56,682 bases of DNA from assembly GCA_903951635.1 (NCBI GenBank), contig CAJBCV010000037.1:1-56682 (forward strand), given 5' to 3'. Every line of letters begins with the position of its first letter. Within the stretch, counting starts at the first letter, position 1. The notes under the pieces were generated by a model that worked only from the letters and a program-made list of their open reading frames with translations, was not told the origin of the DNA and did no database searches. The stretch is from an uncultured Planctomycetaceae bacterium. GTDB lineage: Bacteria > Planctomycetota > Planctomycetia > Pirellulales > UBA1268. Positions 9,377-19,571 of the stretch are shown here, piece by piece. Made by a program: the position numbers and the translations under genes.

Positions 9377-10126
9377 GTGGCCGGCCATTCCCATTGGGCA
9401 AACATCTCCCGCAAGAAGTCGCTCATCGACGCCAAGCGGGGCAAGCTGTGGAGCAAACTCGCCAAGGCCATCATCGTGGCCGCCAAGCATGGCGGGCCCG
9501 ATCCCGATGCCAACCTCCGGCTGCGGTATGCGATCGACGCCGCGAAGGCCGTGAGCATGCCCAAGGACAACATCCAGCGGGCGATCCGGACGGGCACCGG
9601 GGAGCTCAAGGGGGGCGAACTCGAGGAATCCCTCTACGAGGGCTACGCCGCCGGGGGCGTCGCCGTGCTCTGCGAAATCCTCACCGACAACAAGAACCGC
9701 ACGGCGCCCGAGATCCGCAAGATCTTCGAAATGTGCGGTGGCAAGCTCGGGGCGACCGGGTGCGTCGCCTACCTCTTCCAGCGGAAGGGGGCCGTGCGTC
9801 TCCCGCAGGCTGCGTGCTCCGAGGATCGGCTGATGGAGTTGGCGATCGAGGCCGGGGCCGACGACGTGAAGCCGTCGGGGGATCGCTGGGAAGTGATCTG
9901 CGAACCGTCGGCGATGGTCGACGTGATCGCGGCGATCCAGGGGGCGGGGATGACGATCGAATCGAACGAGATCGTCCGCATCCCGACCAACTCGGTCGAT
10001 GTCGAGGATGTCGACACGGCCCGCCGGGTGCTCCAGCTCATGGAGCGGCTCGACGACCACGACGACGTTCAGAGCGTGGCTGCGAACTTCAACATCCCTG
10101 ACGAGGCCATGGCCCAACTCGGCTGA
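9377..10126 (+). CDS. yebC: YebC/PmpR family DNA-binding transcriptional regulator
   Basis: GTG start. MAGHSHWANISRKKSLIDAKRGKLWSKLAKAIIVAAKHGGPDPDANLRLRYAIDAAKAVSMPKDNIQRAI is the hallmark N-terminus of the YebC family. Confidence 0.93.
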   Translation: MAGHSHWANISRKKSLIDAKRGKLWSKLAKAIIVAAKHGGPDPDANLRLRYAIDAAKAVSMPKDNIQRAIRTGTGELKGGELEESLYEGYAAGGVAVLCEILTDNKNRTAPEIRKIFEMCGGKLGATGCVAYLFQRKGAVRLPQAACSEDRLMELAIEAGADDVKPSGDRWEVICEPSAMVDVIAAIQGAGMTIESNEIVRIPTNSVDVEDVDTARRVLQLMERLDDHDDVQSVAANFNIPDEAMAQLG

Positions 10127-10138
10127 GCCAAGGGAAGA

Positions 10139-11875
10139 TCATTGGAGCGCCGCGGCGGCGGCGGCGGCCGTCCCCGGTTCCTCGGAGTGTTCCACCTGCG
10201 GCCAGTAGGTGTCGAAGTCGAACTGCGGGCTGTTGTCGAGGTCGTGGCACTCGAGGCAGTTGTTGACCACCCGCTGTTTCGCCTGCGGTGAGTCGAGGGC
10301 CAGATGAAGCTCGGCCCGGAGCCGGTCCTTGTCGGCAGCGGGCACTCGCACCTGCCCCCGTTCGGCCGAGGCATGGGCTGCGGCAGGGCCGTGACAGTTT
10401 TCGCATCCCTGTTGGGCGAGTTGTGGGGTAGCGCTGACTCCCATGAATCCCCCCTCGTACGGCTGGAACTTCTGCGGGGCCCAGCCGACGACATGGCAGG
10501 AGAGGCATTCGGGGTCACCGTCGCGCCGGGGCGTCTGGGTCTCCAGCGTCGTCAGCGCACTTGCGTGGCCGGAGTTCGTCCACACCTCGAACGACGCCTT
10601 GTGGCATTCGGCGCAGGCGGCACTTCCGGCGAAGCGGCGCCCGGTCGGATGGCGGCCGGGGGTGAGCCCCAGGCCCGTGAGGCCCAGGGTTTCAAGCTGC
10701 GCCTGATAGCTGGCCAAGAGCCGGATCATCTCCTCCGCCTCGCCCCAGCGGGCATCGAGCGGCACCCGCTGGGCACGGATCGGTTGGGCGGGATCGTCGA
10801 ACAGCCCGATGACGACGGCGAACATCCCCTTGTGGCCGAGTTCGAGGAGATGGCGGGTGACCGGGGCAGACCCGGCGGCGGCGCGGTGTGGCGGAAGCTT
10901 CTCCGGCTGCGCGGGAGGTTCTTCGGCGCCCCCCGCGGTGACCACGAAGTCGAACTGGGGATAGCGGGCCGCGAGTTTCTTCGTCTCCTCGGGCGAGGCG
11001 AAGGCGAGGAGCACCTGATGATCGCAGCCAGCCTTCGCCAGAGCCGCCGCCGGTTCGACGAGCGATTCGGCGGCCGGCTTGGTAGAGATCAGATCGTTGC
11101 GAACGTCGGCCAGTTCGGCATCGCCGAGGACCGCCGTGATGCCGATCTTGAGGCCACCGGTCTCCACGATCCGATGGAGCGGCGTGATCCCCGAATCGAA
11201 TCCGATCAGCCCGACGTTGGCGCACACGAACGGCGTCGGCTTGTCCCCCACCGCCGACACCGCGGCCACGACCTCCTCGGCGGGGAGGCGAAGATCCTTC
11301 GGGCCGAAGCCGACGGCGGCGTAGTCCATCGCCTTGAGGCCGTCGACGATCGAACCGAACTTGATCTCCGTCTGCCGGCCGAAACGATTGACCTGGTCAC
11401 CGAGATCGAGGGCCACGACGGGCCACTCCGCCGCGGCGAGCGCGGCGAGGAAGTTCCGTCGCCGGCTCAGCCCCCCCTTTTGATTCTCCTTGCCGGTGCA
11501 CCCGCACGGCTCGATATACCCGTCGAGTTCACCGGTGAACACGAGCACGGCCTTTGGCTTCGGCCAGCCCTGGAAGACGTCGCCGTTGCGCTGCCGAAAG
11601 GTCTTCGCGGTCTCGTCGCTGACGCCTGGCCCCTGCGACGGAACCGCCGTCGTGCCGGCGGGGTCGGCGTCCTGGGCGGGAAGCGGTGCGGTGGAGAGCG
11701 CCCCCATGGCGAGGGCGACGGCGAGGAGGATGATCGCCGCGCCGCGGATGCCTCGCCTCTCTTGCCCGGCGACCACAGCGCCGCGGAGACACGGGAGGCT
11801 CGGAATGGCGGGATTGGTCATGGCGTCGGTTCCGGCGGCTGGAGAGGCGAGGCCCGCGGGCGCCGTGATCCTCAC
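10139..11875 (-). CDS. secreted tetrahaem c-type cytochrome with an N-terminal metallophosphoesterase/5'-nucleotidase-like domain
   Basis: Four CXXCH motifs sit in the C-terminal ~170 aa: CAECH, CLSCH, CENCH and CLECH. The N-domain carries LVFTGELDGYIEPCGCTGKENQKGG. A signal-like segment is present (RGAAIILLAVALAMGAL). The GTG at 11875 overlaps the upstream stop (GTGA). An alternative ATG start lies at 11821. Confidence 0.8.
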   Translation of the reverse strand: MRITAPAGLASPAAGTDAMTNPAIPSLPCLRGAVVAGQERRGIRGAAIILLAVALAMGALSTAPLPAQDADPAGTTAVPSQGPGVSDETAKTFRQRNGDVFQGWPKPKAVLVFTGELDGYIEPCGCTGKENQKGGLSRRRNFLAALAAAEWPVVALDLGDQVNRFGRQTEIKFGSIVDGLKAMDYAAVGFGPKDLRLPAEEVVAAVSAVGDKPTPFVCANVGLIGFDSGITPLHRIVETGGLKIGITAVLGDAELADVRNDLISTKPAAESLVEPAAALAKAGCDHQVLLAFASPEETKKLAARYPQFDFVVTAGGAEEPPAQPEKLPPHRAAAGSAPVTRHLLELGHKGMFAVVIGLFDDPAQPIRAQRVPLDARWGEAEEMIRLLASYQAQLETLGLTGLGLTPGRHPTGRRFAGSAACAECHKASFEVWTNSGHASALTTLETQTPRRDGDPECLSCHVVGWAPQKFQPYEGGFMGVSATPQLAQQGCENCHGPAAAHASAERGQVRVPAADKDRLRAELHLALDSPQAKQRVVNNCLECHDLDNSPQFDFDTYWPQVEHSEEPGTAAAAAAALQ

Positions 11876-13086
11876 GGGCCGACGGCGACACTCACGGGAA
11901 TGGTCATGGTGGGGGAGTCGGGGTGCCCCGTGTCGAGGACGATCCGGCCGGCCGGTGCCTGGCTCGATCCGAGGTGGTTGCAGGGGGCGCTCCCGGCGGG
12001 AATCGTGATCGTGAGGGGAATCCTCACAACCGCGCCGCTCCCCACGGGCTTGGCCTCTCCGACCACCACCTCCATCGATCCAGGAACCACGTCACGGACC
12101 ACCGGGTGGACTGCGTCACGGTGGGGCCCCTTGGCCGTGAGGAACACCTGCGTGTTCACCCCGGTGCGCCCGGAAATCGTGCCGAGCTGGAGGACCTGAC
12201 GAGAGGAATCCCATCCCTGGCCCGCCAAGGCAAGATCACCCGTGACGGTTCCCTCGACAGTCACCTCCACCCGCACCGCCTCCGGCACGAGGAGGTCGAT
12301 CTGGGCCGTCTTGCGGAGCGGCCCGATCGGGACTCCGGCGAGGATTTCCGCCTCGAGGAGAATGCCCCCCGTCGCGCCTTGCTCCGCGGCGATCTCCTCG
12401 GCCGAAAGAGGCGCCGTGGTGAACGACACAAACTGGGAGGTTTCGGAGTCGGGGGTGCTGACTTCCTTGACCGTCGGGGGCTCCTTCCCATACGTGAAGA
12501 TCTTCGAGGACGCCTTCACGCCTCCCTGGCTCGGGATCGACGTGAGGACGATCGATTTCGGTTCCGCTTTCCACACCGGCACGACGAACCCCTCGACCAC
12601 GAAGACGATCTCCGGGCGGCGTGGATCGTTGGTGAACACGGTCGCCTGCTGCCGGAACGGGCCGCCGGTCTTGCCCCGCCACTTGAGGAGGAGTTTTGCC
12701 GCTCCCCCGGGCGGGAGCAGTTTCTCGCCGTCGGTTTCTCCTCCTTCGGTGGCCTCGAAGTCGCTCACGGTGCAACTGCAGGAGGTGGCACCGCGCGTGA
12801 TCTTGAGGGGCGCTTCGCCGGCATTGCGGATCACGAACTCGTGCGTCTCGTCTCCCCCTTCCGCCATGGTGCCGAAGGCATACTGGGTCGATGGGGCATC
12901 GACTTTGGGAACGGCGATCCCCTCCTGCATCCGCAAGCCGGCCGGGTCGAACTCTCCGAGTCGCCAGGGGCGCATCGACGCCCGCAGGAGCGGGGTGCCG
13001 ACGCCGAACATCCCCCCGATCGCCAGGGCCAATGCCACCACGCTCCACGCCCCGGGTGCCCGCACGCCCATCGCTCGCCCGCCCAC
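11872..13086 (-). CDS. DUF1573 domain-containing secreted/anchored protein
   Basis: The N-terminus is hydrophobic (AWSVVALALAIGGMFGV). YAFGTMAEGGDETHEFVIRNAGEAPLKITRGATSCSCTV matches the DUF1573 pattern (hxFG...F.F.N.G...L.I....sCGCT). Further Ig-like beta-rich segments follow. The start is either GTG 13086 or ATG 13071. Confidence 0.75.
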   Translation of the reverse strand: MGGRAMGVRAPGAWSVVALALAIGGMFGVGTPLLRASMRPWRLGEFDPAGLRMQEGIAVPKVDAPSTQYAFGTMAEGGDETHEFVIRNAGEAPLKITRGATSCSCTVSDFEATEGGETDGEKLLPPGGAAKLLLKWRGKTGGPFRQQATVFTNDPRRPEIVFVVEGFVVPVWKAEPKSIVLTSIPSQGGVKASSKIFTYGKEPPTVKEVSTPDSETSQFVSFTTAPLSAEEIAAEQGATGGILLEAEILAGVPIGPLRKTAQIDLLVPEAVRVEVTVEGTVTGDLALAGQGWDSSRQVLQLGTISGRTGVNTQVFLTAKGPHRDAVHPVVRDVVPGSMEVVVGEAKPVGSGAVVRIPLTITIPAGSAPCNHLGSSQAPAGRIVLDTGHPDSPTMTIPVSVAVGP

Positions 13087-13227
13087 CGGCGGCCTCCAGT
13101 CCCGGGGGCGGCCGCCGCAATGGACGGCAGCCGGACCCCTGTTCTGGATTGTACGCCGCAGCCGCCCTTCCGCGCAGGGAGAGGGATCGACCGGAGGCCG
13201 ACGGGCAACGGCTCGGCCGGGGAGCGA

Positions 13228-14751
13228 TCAGTAAGACCGGGCCAGCACGCTGCGGCGGCTGACCGGCTTTCCCGTGACGACGCATGTTCCTGGCTCATCG
13301 TCCCCGTCCATCGGCACGCAGCGGACGGTGACTTTGAGCGGGTCAAGGGCTGCCGGCACCGCCGGATCGTCGGCGACGTGGACGTGCGCAAAGCCCCCCT
13401 TCGTTCCTCCCTTCGCCTCCCCCTTCCCTTCCCCGTCGGCACCGAAGAACTCCCGGACGGCCTCGAGAGAATCGAGCCGGACGCTGCGCCGGTCGCGGAA
13501 CTCCCGCGCCCGATCGAAGAGTCCCTGCTGGATCTCGCCGAGGAGGTCGGCCGCGGTGGCGGCGAATCGATCGATCGCCACGCTCGTCCGCTCCTTCGGG
13601 CCGCGGTCGCGGCGCATCACGCTGACCGTTCCGGCGGCGAGGTCGCGGGGGCCGATCTCGACGCGCAGCGGCACCCCCTGCTTGACGTGCTGCCAGGTCT
13701 TCTCCCCCCCGCGGATGTCGCGCGAGTCGGTCCGAACGCGGATCGGCTCTCCGCCGAAGCGGGCCTCCGCCAGGCCGGCCTCGATCTGTCGGCAGGCAGC
13801 CAGCACGGCCTCCTTCTCCTCCGGGGTGCGATGGATGGGGAGGAGCACCACCTGCGTCGGGGCGATCCGCGGCGGGAGGACGAGGCCGTCGTCGTCGGAG
13901 TGGGTCATGATCACCGCGCCGATCAACCGCGTGGAAACCCCCCACGAGGTCGTCCAGCAGTATTCCTCGCTGCCCGACGGCCCGGCGAACTTGATCTCCT
14001 GGGCGTGGGCAAAGTTCTGGCCGAGGAAATGAGAGGTGCCGGCCTGAAGCGCCTTGCCATCCTGCATCATCGCCTCGATCGAATACGTGTCGACGGCGCC
14101 CGGGAACCGCTCCGCGGAGGGCTTGGGGCCGCGGATCACCGGCATGGCGAGATCCCGCTCCGCGAAGGTCGCGTAGACACCGAGCATCCGCAACGTCTCC
14201 TCGACCGCCTCGGCGCTCGTCGCGTGGGCGGTGTGCCCCTCCTGCCAGAGAAACTCGGCGGTGCGGAGGAAGACCCGGGGGCGCATCTCCCAGCGGACGA
14301 CGTTGGCCCACTGGTTGATCAACAGCGGCAGATCACGCCACGACTGCACCCAGCGGGCGAACATCGCCCCGATGATCGTCTCGCTCGTCGGCCGGACGAT
14401 GAGCGGCTCCTCGAGTTTCCCGGTGGGGATCAGCTTCCCCTCCGGCGAGAGTTCGAGGCGGTGGTGCGTGACGACGGCACACTCCTTGGCGAAGCCCTCG
14501 ACATGCTTCGCCTCCTTCTCGAGGTACGACAGCGGGATGAAGAGGGGGAAGTAAGCGTTCTGGTGGCCGGTCTCCTTGAACATCCGGTCGAGGATCGCCT
14601 GCATCCGTTCCCACATCGCATAGCCGAGCGGCTTGATGACCATGCAGCCACGGACCGGCGACTGCTCGGCGAGATCGGCCGCCTTCACGACCTGCTGGTA
14701 CCACTCGGGGTAGTCCTCGGCGCGGGTGGGGGAGATTGCGTGATCGGCCAT
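13228..14751 (-). CDS. proS: proline--tRNA ligase (archaeal/eukaryote-like type)
   Basis: The ATG at 14751 lies inside ORF 13228-14919. MADHAISPTRAEDYPEWYQQVVKAADLAEQSPVRGCMVIKPLGYAMWERMQ, class II motifs (FRDLPLL-like WRDLPLLINQWANVVRWE, GTSHFLGQNF) and the C-terminal ...ARSY are typical of this ProRS type. Confidence 0.93.
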   Translation of the reverse strand: MADHAISPTRAEDYPEWYQQVVKAADLAEQSPVRGCMVIKPLGYAMWERMQAILDRMFKETGHQNAYFPLFIPLSYLEKEAKHVEGFAKECAVVTHHRLELSPEGKLIPTGKLEEPLIVRPTSETIIGAMFARWVQSWRDLPLLINQWANVVRWEMRPRVFLRTAEFLWQEGHTAHATSAEAVEETLRMLGVYATFAERDLAMPVIRGPKPSAERFPGAVDTYSIEAMMQDGKALQAGTSHFLGQNFAHAQEIKFAGPSGSEEYCWTTSWGVSTRLIGAVIMTHSDDDGLVLPPRIAPTQVVLLPIHRTPEEKEAVLAACRQIEAGLAEARFGGEPIRVRTDSRDIRGGEKTWQHVKQGVPLRVEIGPRDLAAGTVSVMRRDRGPKERTSVAIDRFAATAADLLGEIQQGLFDRAREFRDRRSVRLDSLEAVREFFGADGEGKGEAKGGTKGGFAHVHVADDPAVPAALDPLKVTVRCVPMDGDDEPGTCVVTGKPVSRRSVLARSY

Positions 14752-14930
14752 GGGGGTCTCCGGACGGGGCTGTCGTGGGGGGCGGGGTGCGGGAGGAAAG
14801 CGGGATGATCGTGGCGGCGGGATTGTAGTCGCTCGAGCGGTTTTTCCGCGGCGGCTGCGGCACGCCGGCGTGAGGCCTGATAAAATCGTCGCTGTTCCCG
14901 CTCCCGCCGCCAACCCCATCCGGATTCCGC

Positions 14931-15941
14931 ATGTCGCCCGCCGATCCCCAGCACCGTGCGGCCCGCCCGCCGTCCCAACGACGGCGGGTCACGGAACTGG
15001 CCCCGCAGACCGCGGTCGATCAGGTGTTCCTCGCCACCCACAAACAGCTCCGCCCCAACCGCAACGGCCAGCTCTACCTTCAGGTTGAACTCGCCGACCG
15101 GAGCGGATCGATCACCGGGAGGATGTGGAACGCGTCGGATGCGGAGTTCGAAGCCTTCGACGACGGTGACTACGTCCGCGTCGACGGGATGACGCAGCTC
15201 TATTCCGGCAATCTCCAACTCATCATCCAGGGGATCGGGCGGGTCGATCCACGGATCGTCGACGAGTCGGAGTTTCAGGTGCTTTCGAAGGCCGACGTCG
15301 CCCGCCTTCGGGGGGAGTTGGCTGCGCTGTTGGCGACGATCCCGTCGGGGCCGCTCCGCGAGCTCGCCGACGAGGTCCTTGCCGATGAGGCCTTGATGAC
15401 GGTCTTCTGCCGCTGCCCGGCCGGGGTCAAGCACCACCACGCCCATGCCGGCGGGCTCCTCGAGCATGTCGTCAATCTCCTCCGCCTCGCCGACCGGGTC
15501 GCCCCGCTCTATCCGGCGATCGACCGCGATCTCCTCCTCGTCGGCGTCCTGTTCCACGACCTCGGCAAGACGCTCGAGTTGGAAAGTGAGAACGGCTTCT
15601 CCTATACCGACGCCGGCCAGCTCCTCGGGCATGTCCTCCTCGGGCTCGAGCAGTTGGAGGCGAAGATCGCCGCGGTCGAGGCCCGCACCGGCCGGCCGTT
15701 CGACGTTGATCTCGCGGTGCGGATCAAGCACATGGTGGCCAGCCATCACGGCCAGTACGAATATGGCGCCCCGAAGCTCCCGATGACCCTCGAGGCCCTC
15801 GCGCTCCACCACCTCGACCACATGGATGCCCGGCTCGCCGGTGTGCTCCAACTGCTCCAGAACGAAGCGGCGATCGACGGTGGTTGGACCCAATACCAGC
15901 AATCGCTCGGCCGCAAGTTCTTCCGCGGGCGTGGCTCATGA
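14931..15941 (+). CDS. OB-fold plus HD-domain 3'-5' exoribonuclease (YhaM-like)
   Basis: An OB-fold segment is present (LYLQVELADRSGSITGRMWNASDAEFEAFDDGDYVRVDG). The HD-domain signatures are HHHAHAGGLLEHV and LFHDLGK. Confidence 0.8.
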   Translation: MSPADPQHRAARPPSQRRRVTELAPQTAVDQVFLATHKQLRPNRNGQLYLQVELADRSGSITGRMWNASDAEFEAFDDGDYVRVDGMTQLYSGNLQLIIQGIGRVDPRIVDESEFQVLSKADVARLRGELAALLATIPSGPLRELADEVLADEALMTVFCRCPAGVKHHHAHAGGLLEHVVNLLRLADRVAPLYPAIDRDLLLVGVLFHDLGKTLELESENGFSYTDAGQLLGHVLLGLEQLEAKIAAVEARTGRPFDVDLAVRIKHMVASHHGQYEYGAPKLPMTLEALALHHLDHMDARLAGVLQLLQNEAAIDGGWTQYQQSLGRKFFRGRGS

Positions 15942-15956
15942 CGATCCCCGCCGGGG

Positions 15957-18146
15957 GTGATTTCCGACCGACCGTGGAGGCCAACGATGCCTGAGGATGA
16001 CCAGGGACGATCGGCCGATCGCCGCCGGGAGCGCCGCGCGGAGGGCCCACCGGTCTCCGCCGGTCGTAGCGGGGGCCCCCCTGCCGCCGGCCGCGATGAC
16101 GTCGTCGGTGTCTTTCGCCGTGCCGCCGGGGGCTACGGTTTCGTCCATCCGCTGAACGCTGCCGCGGGAAGCCGCGAGGGGGATGTCCATGTCGCCCAGT
16201 CGGCCTGCCTCGATGCGGTCAACGGCGACACCGTCCGCGTCCGGCTGTCCCGGGGGCGTGATTTCCGCCGCCCCGGCCCGTCGGGAGAGATCGTCGAGGT
16301 GGTCACGCGGGCGAAGACGCGGTTTGTCGGCAGTTTCTTCGTCGCTGCCAACTCGGGCTGGGTGCAGATCGACGGCACGTCGTTTCCGCGGCCGGTATCG
16401 GTCGGTGATCCCGGGGCGAAGTCGGTGCGGGAGGACGACAAGGTCGTCGTCGAAGTCGTCCGCTTCCCCACCCATCTCCGGGATGGCGAAGGGGTGATCA
16501 TCGAGGTCCTCGGGAAGGCGGGTGAGCCCGGAGTCGACACCCGTTCGATCATTCACGAGTTCGGTCTTCCCGGCCCGTTCTCCGCCGAGGTCCTCGACGC
16601 CGCCCGGGCGCAGGCGGCCCTGTTCACCGAGGACGTCCCGACCGACCGCCGGGATCTGACGGCGCGGACGATCATCACGATCGACCCGGTCGACGCCCGC
16701 GATTTCGACGACGCGATCTCACTCGAAAGGCTGGATCGCGATCACTGGCTCCTCGGCGTCCACATCGCCGACGTTGCCCACTTCGTGCCGGAGGGGGCGC
16801 CGGTCGATCAGGAGGCGCTCGCCCGGGGCACGAGCGTCTATCTCCCCGACCGGGTGATCCCGATGCTTCCGGAGATCGTCTCCAACAATCTCGCGAGCCT
16901 CCAGCCGGGGCGGGTGCGCTACGCGCGAACCTGCTGGATCGAGTTCACGGCCGACGGAATCCCCGTCCACACCGACGTGGAACGGACGGCGATCCGCAGT
17001 TGCCGTCGTTTCACCTACGAGGAAGTCGACCAGTTCCTCGCCGACCCGGCCACCCCCGAGGTCGAGATGACCGGCGAGGTCCGCTCGCTCCTCGGGAGGA
17101 TGCGCGATCTGGCCCGCATGCTCCGCCGCCGGCGGAAAAACCGCGGCGCGCTCGAACTCGACATGCCGGAGGTGAAAGTCGACCTCGACCGGGATGGACG
17201 GGTGTCCGGCGCGCATGTCGTCGCCAACACCGAGAGCCATCAGATCATCGAGGAGTTCATGCTCTCGGCGAACGAGGCCGTGGCTGAGAAATTGTCCGCG
17301 GCCGGGGCTGGGTTTCTTCGCCGCATCCATGCTCCCCCCGATCCGCGCAAGCTCCGCCAGCTGACGGAGTTCGTCTCCGAGTTGGGGTTCGAGGTCGACA
17401 CGCTCGAGAGCCGGTTCGAGCTTCAACGTCTTCTCGGCCTCACCCGTGGCCGGCCGGAGGAACATGCGGTCCATTTCGCCGTCCTCCGGAGCCTCGCCCG
17501 GGCCGTCTATGGCCCCCAGCCGGAAGGGCACTACGCCCTGGCGAGCGACTGCTACTGCCATTTCACGTCGCCGATCCGTCGCTATCCCGATCTCGTCGTT
17601 CACCGCGCTCTCGACAAACTGGCGCGGGGACGCCGGGCTCCCGATGACGGGCTGGTCGATCTCGGGCTCCACTGCTCCACCCTCGAACGCCGCGCCGAGG
17701 CTGCCGAACGGGAGTTGGTGAAACTCAAACTCCTTCTCTTCCTCTCGTCGAGGATCGGCACCGAGATGGAGGCGGTCGTGACGGGCGTCGAGCCGTTCGG
17801 CCTTTTCCTCCAGGGGCTCGAACTGCCGGCCGAGGGGCTCCTCACCCTGGCCGACCTCCCCGCCGACACCTACCGCTTCGAGCGGGCCAGCCACACCCTC
17901 GCCGGGCGGCGTCCGGGGCAGTCGTGGCGCCTCGGCGATCGGGTCCGCGTGGCGGTCAAGAAAGTCGATCTCGATCGGCGGATGCTCGAGTTCCGTTTCG
18001 TCGGCGATCGGGGCAAGGCCCCGCCCGGGCTCCGCGCCGCCCGCCACGTGAAGGGATCTCGGCATGCCCGCAAGACGCAGGGAAAAGTGAAGGCCAAGGG
18101 CAAGTCGAAGGCGAAGGGGAAGGCCCAGGGACGACGCGGCCGCTGA
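15957..18146 (+). CDS. rnr: ribonuclease R
   Basis: RNB catalytic core motifs are present: ITIDPVDARDFDDAISL, SVYLPDRVIPMLP, HFTSPIRRYPDLVVHR. A C-terminal S1-like segment and a Lys-rich tail (KVKAKGKSKAKGKAQGRRGR) follow. An alternative start is the ATG at 15987. Confidence 0.92.
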   Translation: MISDRPWRPTMPEDDQGRSADRRRERRAEGPPVSAGRSGGPPAAGRDDVVGVFRRAAGGYGFVHPLNAAAGSREGDVHVAQSACLDAVNGDTVRVRLSRGRDFRRPGPSGEIVEVVTRAKTRFVGSFFVAANSGWVQIDGTSFPRPVSVGDPGAKSVREDDKVVVEVVRFPTHLRDGEGVIIEVLGKAGEPGVDTRSIIHEFGLPGPFSAEVLDAARAQAALFTEDVPTDRRDLTARTIITIDPVDARDFDDAISLERLDRDHWLLGVHIADVAHFVPEGAPVDQEALARGTSVYLPDRVIPMLPEIVSNNLASLQPGRVRYARTCWIEFTADGIPVHTDVERTAIRSCRRFTYEEVDQFLADPATPEVEMTGEVRSLLGRMRDLARMLRRRRKNRGALELDMPEVKVDLDRDGRVSGAHVVANTESHQIIEEFMLSANEAVAEKLSAAGAGFLRRIHAPPDPRKLRQLTEFVSELGFEVDTLESRFELQRLLGLTRGRPEEHAVHFAVLRSLARAVYGPQPEGHYALASDCYCHFTSPIRRYPDLVVHRALDKLARGRRAPDDGLVDLGLHCSTLERRAEAAERELVKLKLLLFLSSRIGTEMEAVVTGVEPFGLFLQGLELPAEGLLTLADLPADTYRFERASHTLAGRRPGQSWRLGDRVRVAVKKVDLDRRMLEFRFVGDRGKAPPGLRAARHVKGSRHARKTQGKVKAKGKSKAKGKAQGRRGR

Positions 18147-18164
18147 AGCCCGGCCGGGCTTTCT
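18147..18164 (+). terminator. possible short intrinsic terminator after rnr
   Basis: aGCCCggccGGGCtttct lies directly after the TGA at 18144-18146. It is a short GC stem followed by a T-rich run. Confidence 0.3.
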
Positions 18165-18267
18165 GTGCCGGTGGACGCCGAGCTTCGTGGCGGGATTCGG
18201 CGGCATCCCTACAATCGGCGGGCGTCATGACCGTGCATCGATCCTGAGAACGACAAGGAACGCTCCC

Positions 18268-19479
18268 GTGAGTGAGTCGGCGACTTCCCCCCTGCCCCGA
18301 CCGACGATTCTCCGCGAGACCGCGCTGTGCCGATGGCATGCGGCGCACGGCGGCCGGATGGTCGACTTCGCCGGTTGGAACATGCCGGTGCAGTACACCT
18401 CGATCGTCGACGAACACCTCGCGACCCGGTCGTCCGTCGGCCTGTTCGATGTCTCGCACATGGGGCGACTGTCGGTCACCGGCCCTGGGGCGCTTGCGTG
18501 GCTGGAGTCGATGTTGACGAGAAAAGTGGCCGGGATTGTCCCCGGGCAATTCCGCTACACGCTCGTTACCGCCGATGCCCCAGCGACGCTTGTGATCCTC
18601 GATGACGCGCTGGTGAGCCGGGACACCGATGCCGCCGACGGTACGCCGCGGATGGGACTGGTCGTCAATGCCGGAAATCGGGAACGGGTCGTGGCTTGGC
18701 TCCGCTCCCGACTGCCGGCCTCCGGTGTCGAACTCGTCGACCACACGCTCGACACCGTGATGATCGCCGTCCAGGGGCCAAGCGCGGTCGACGTCGTCGC
18801 CGGGCTCTGTCCGGGGGGGGATGGCCCGCGGATCCGCGCCCTGGGGAATTACCGCGGGACGACGGCCACGGTCGCCGGGCACGCCGCGGCCGTGAGCCGT
18901 ACCGGATACACGGGCGAAGATGGCGTCGAGGTGACTGTGGCGGCGAAAGATGCCGTGGCCGTCTGGGAGGCGATCCTCGCCGCTGCGGCCCCGCTCGGTG
19001 GACGGCCCTGCGGGCTTGGCGCCCGGGATACCCTCCGTCTCGAGGCGGGGATGCCCCTTTACGGCCATGAGCTCCTCCCCCACAGCGATCCATTCGCCCT
19101 CGGGCTCGGATTGGCGGTGAATCTCGAGGGGCGAACGTTCCCCGGCAGCGTGGCCCTGGCCACGATGAAGGCAGGGAAGCCGGCGCGGGTCCGGGTCGGT
19201 CTCGATCTGGGATCGAAGCGATCGGCCCGCGAAGGAAACGTCGTCCTCGGCGGCGCTGGCTACACGCCGGCCGGTGGCGACGTCGGGGTCGTCACGAGTG
19301 GGAGTTTTGCCCCCACGATCGGCCACGCCGTGGCGATGGCCATGATCGACACGGCTCTGGCGGCGGAGGGGACCGCGGTCGAGATCGCGATTCGCGATGC
19401 CCGCCAGCCGGCGCGCGTGGTCGGCTTGCCCTTCCACCGCCGACCGGCGGGTGGTGGAAAACCGGCGGCTGGGGGATGA
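18268..19479 (+). CDS. gcvT: glycine cleavage system aminomethyltransferase (T protein)
   Basis: LRETALCRWHAAHGGRMVDFAGWNMPVQYTSIVDEHLATRSSVGLFDVSHMGRL is the canonical GcvT N-terminus. GYTGEDGVEV and GLGARDTLRLEAGMPLYGHEL are also present. The GTG at 18268 is preferred. ORF 18187-19479 (its ORF-track start at 18187) would add 27 residues. Confidence 0.9.
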   Translation: MSESATSPLPRPTILRETALCRWHAAHGGRMVDFAGWNMPVQYTSIVDEHLATRSSVGLFDVSHMGRLSVTGPGALAWLESMLTRKVAGIVPGQFRYTLVTADAPATLVILDDALVSRDTDAADGTPRMGLVVNAGNRERVVAWLRSRLPASGVELVDHTLDTVMIAVQGPSAVDVVAGLCPGGDGPRIRALGNYRGTTATVAGHAAAVSRTGYTGEDGVEVTVAAKDAVAVWEAILAAAAPLGGRPCGLGARDTLRLEAGMPLYGHELLPHSDPFALGLGLAVNLEGRTFPGSVALATMKAGKPARVRVGLDLGSKRSAREGNVVLGGAGYTPAGGDVGVVTSGSFAPTIGHAVAMAMIDTALAAEGTAVEIAIRDARQPARVVGLPFHRRPAGGGKPAAGG

Positions 19480-19571
19480 TGATCGCCGCGCCCATCCGAG
19501 GGTGGTCGTGGAGGACAAGGCCCGAGAGAGACCGAAGGTTCGGTGGATCAGCAACACGAGGAGCGACGGCG

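Noticed and set aside
11923-14808. 961-aa ORF on the plus strand
   Set aside because: It is antisense to the DUF1573 gene and proS, with shadow-ORF composition (Arg/Gly/Pro/Leu).
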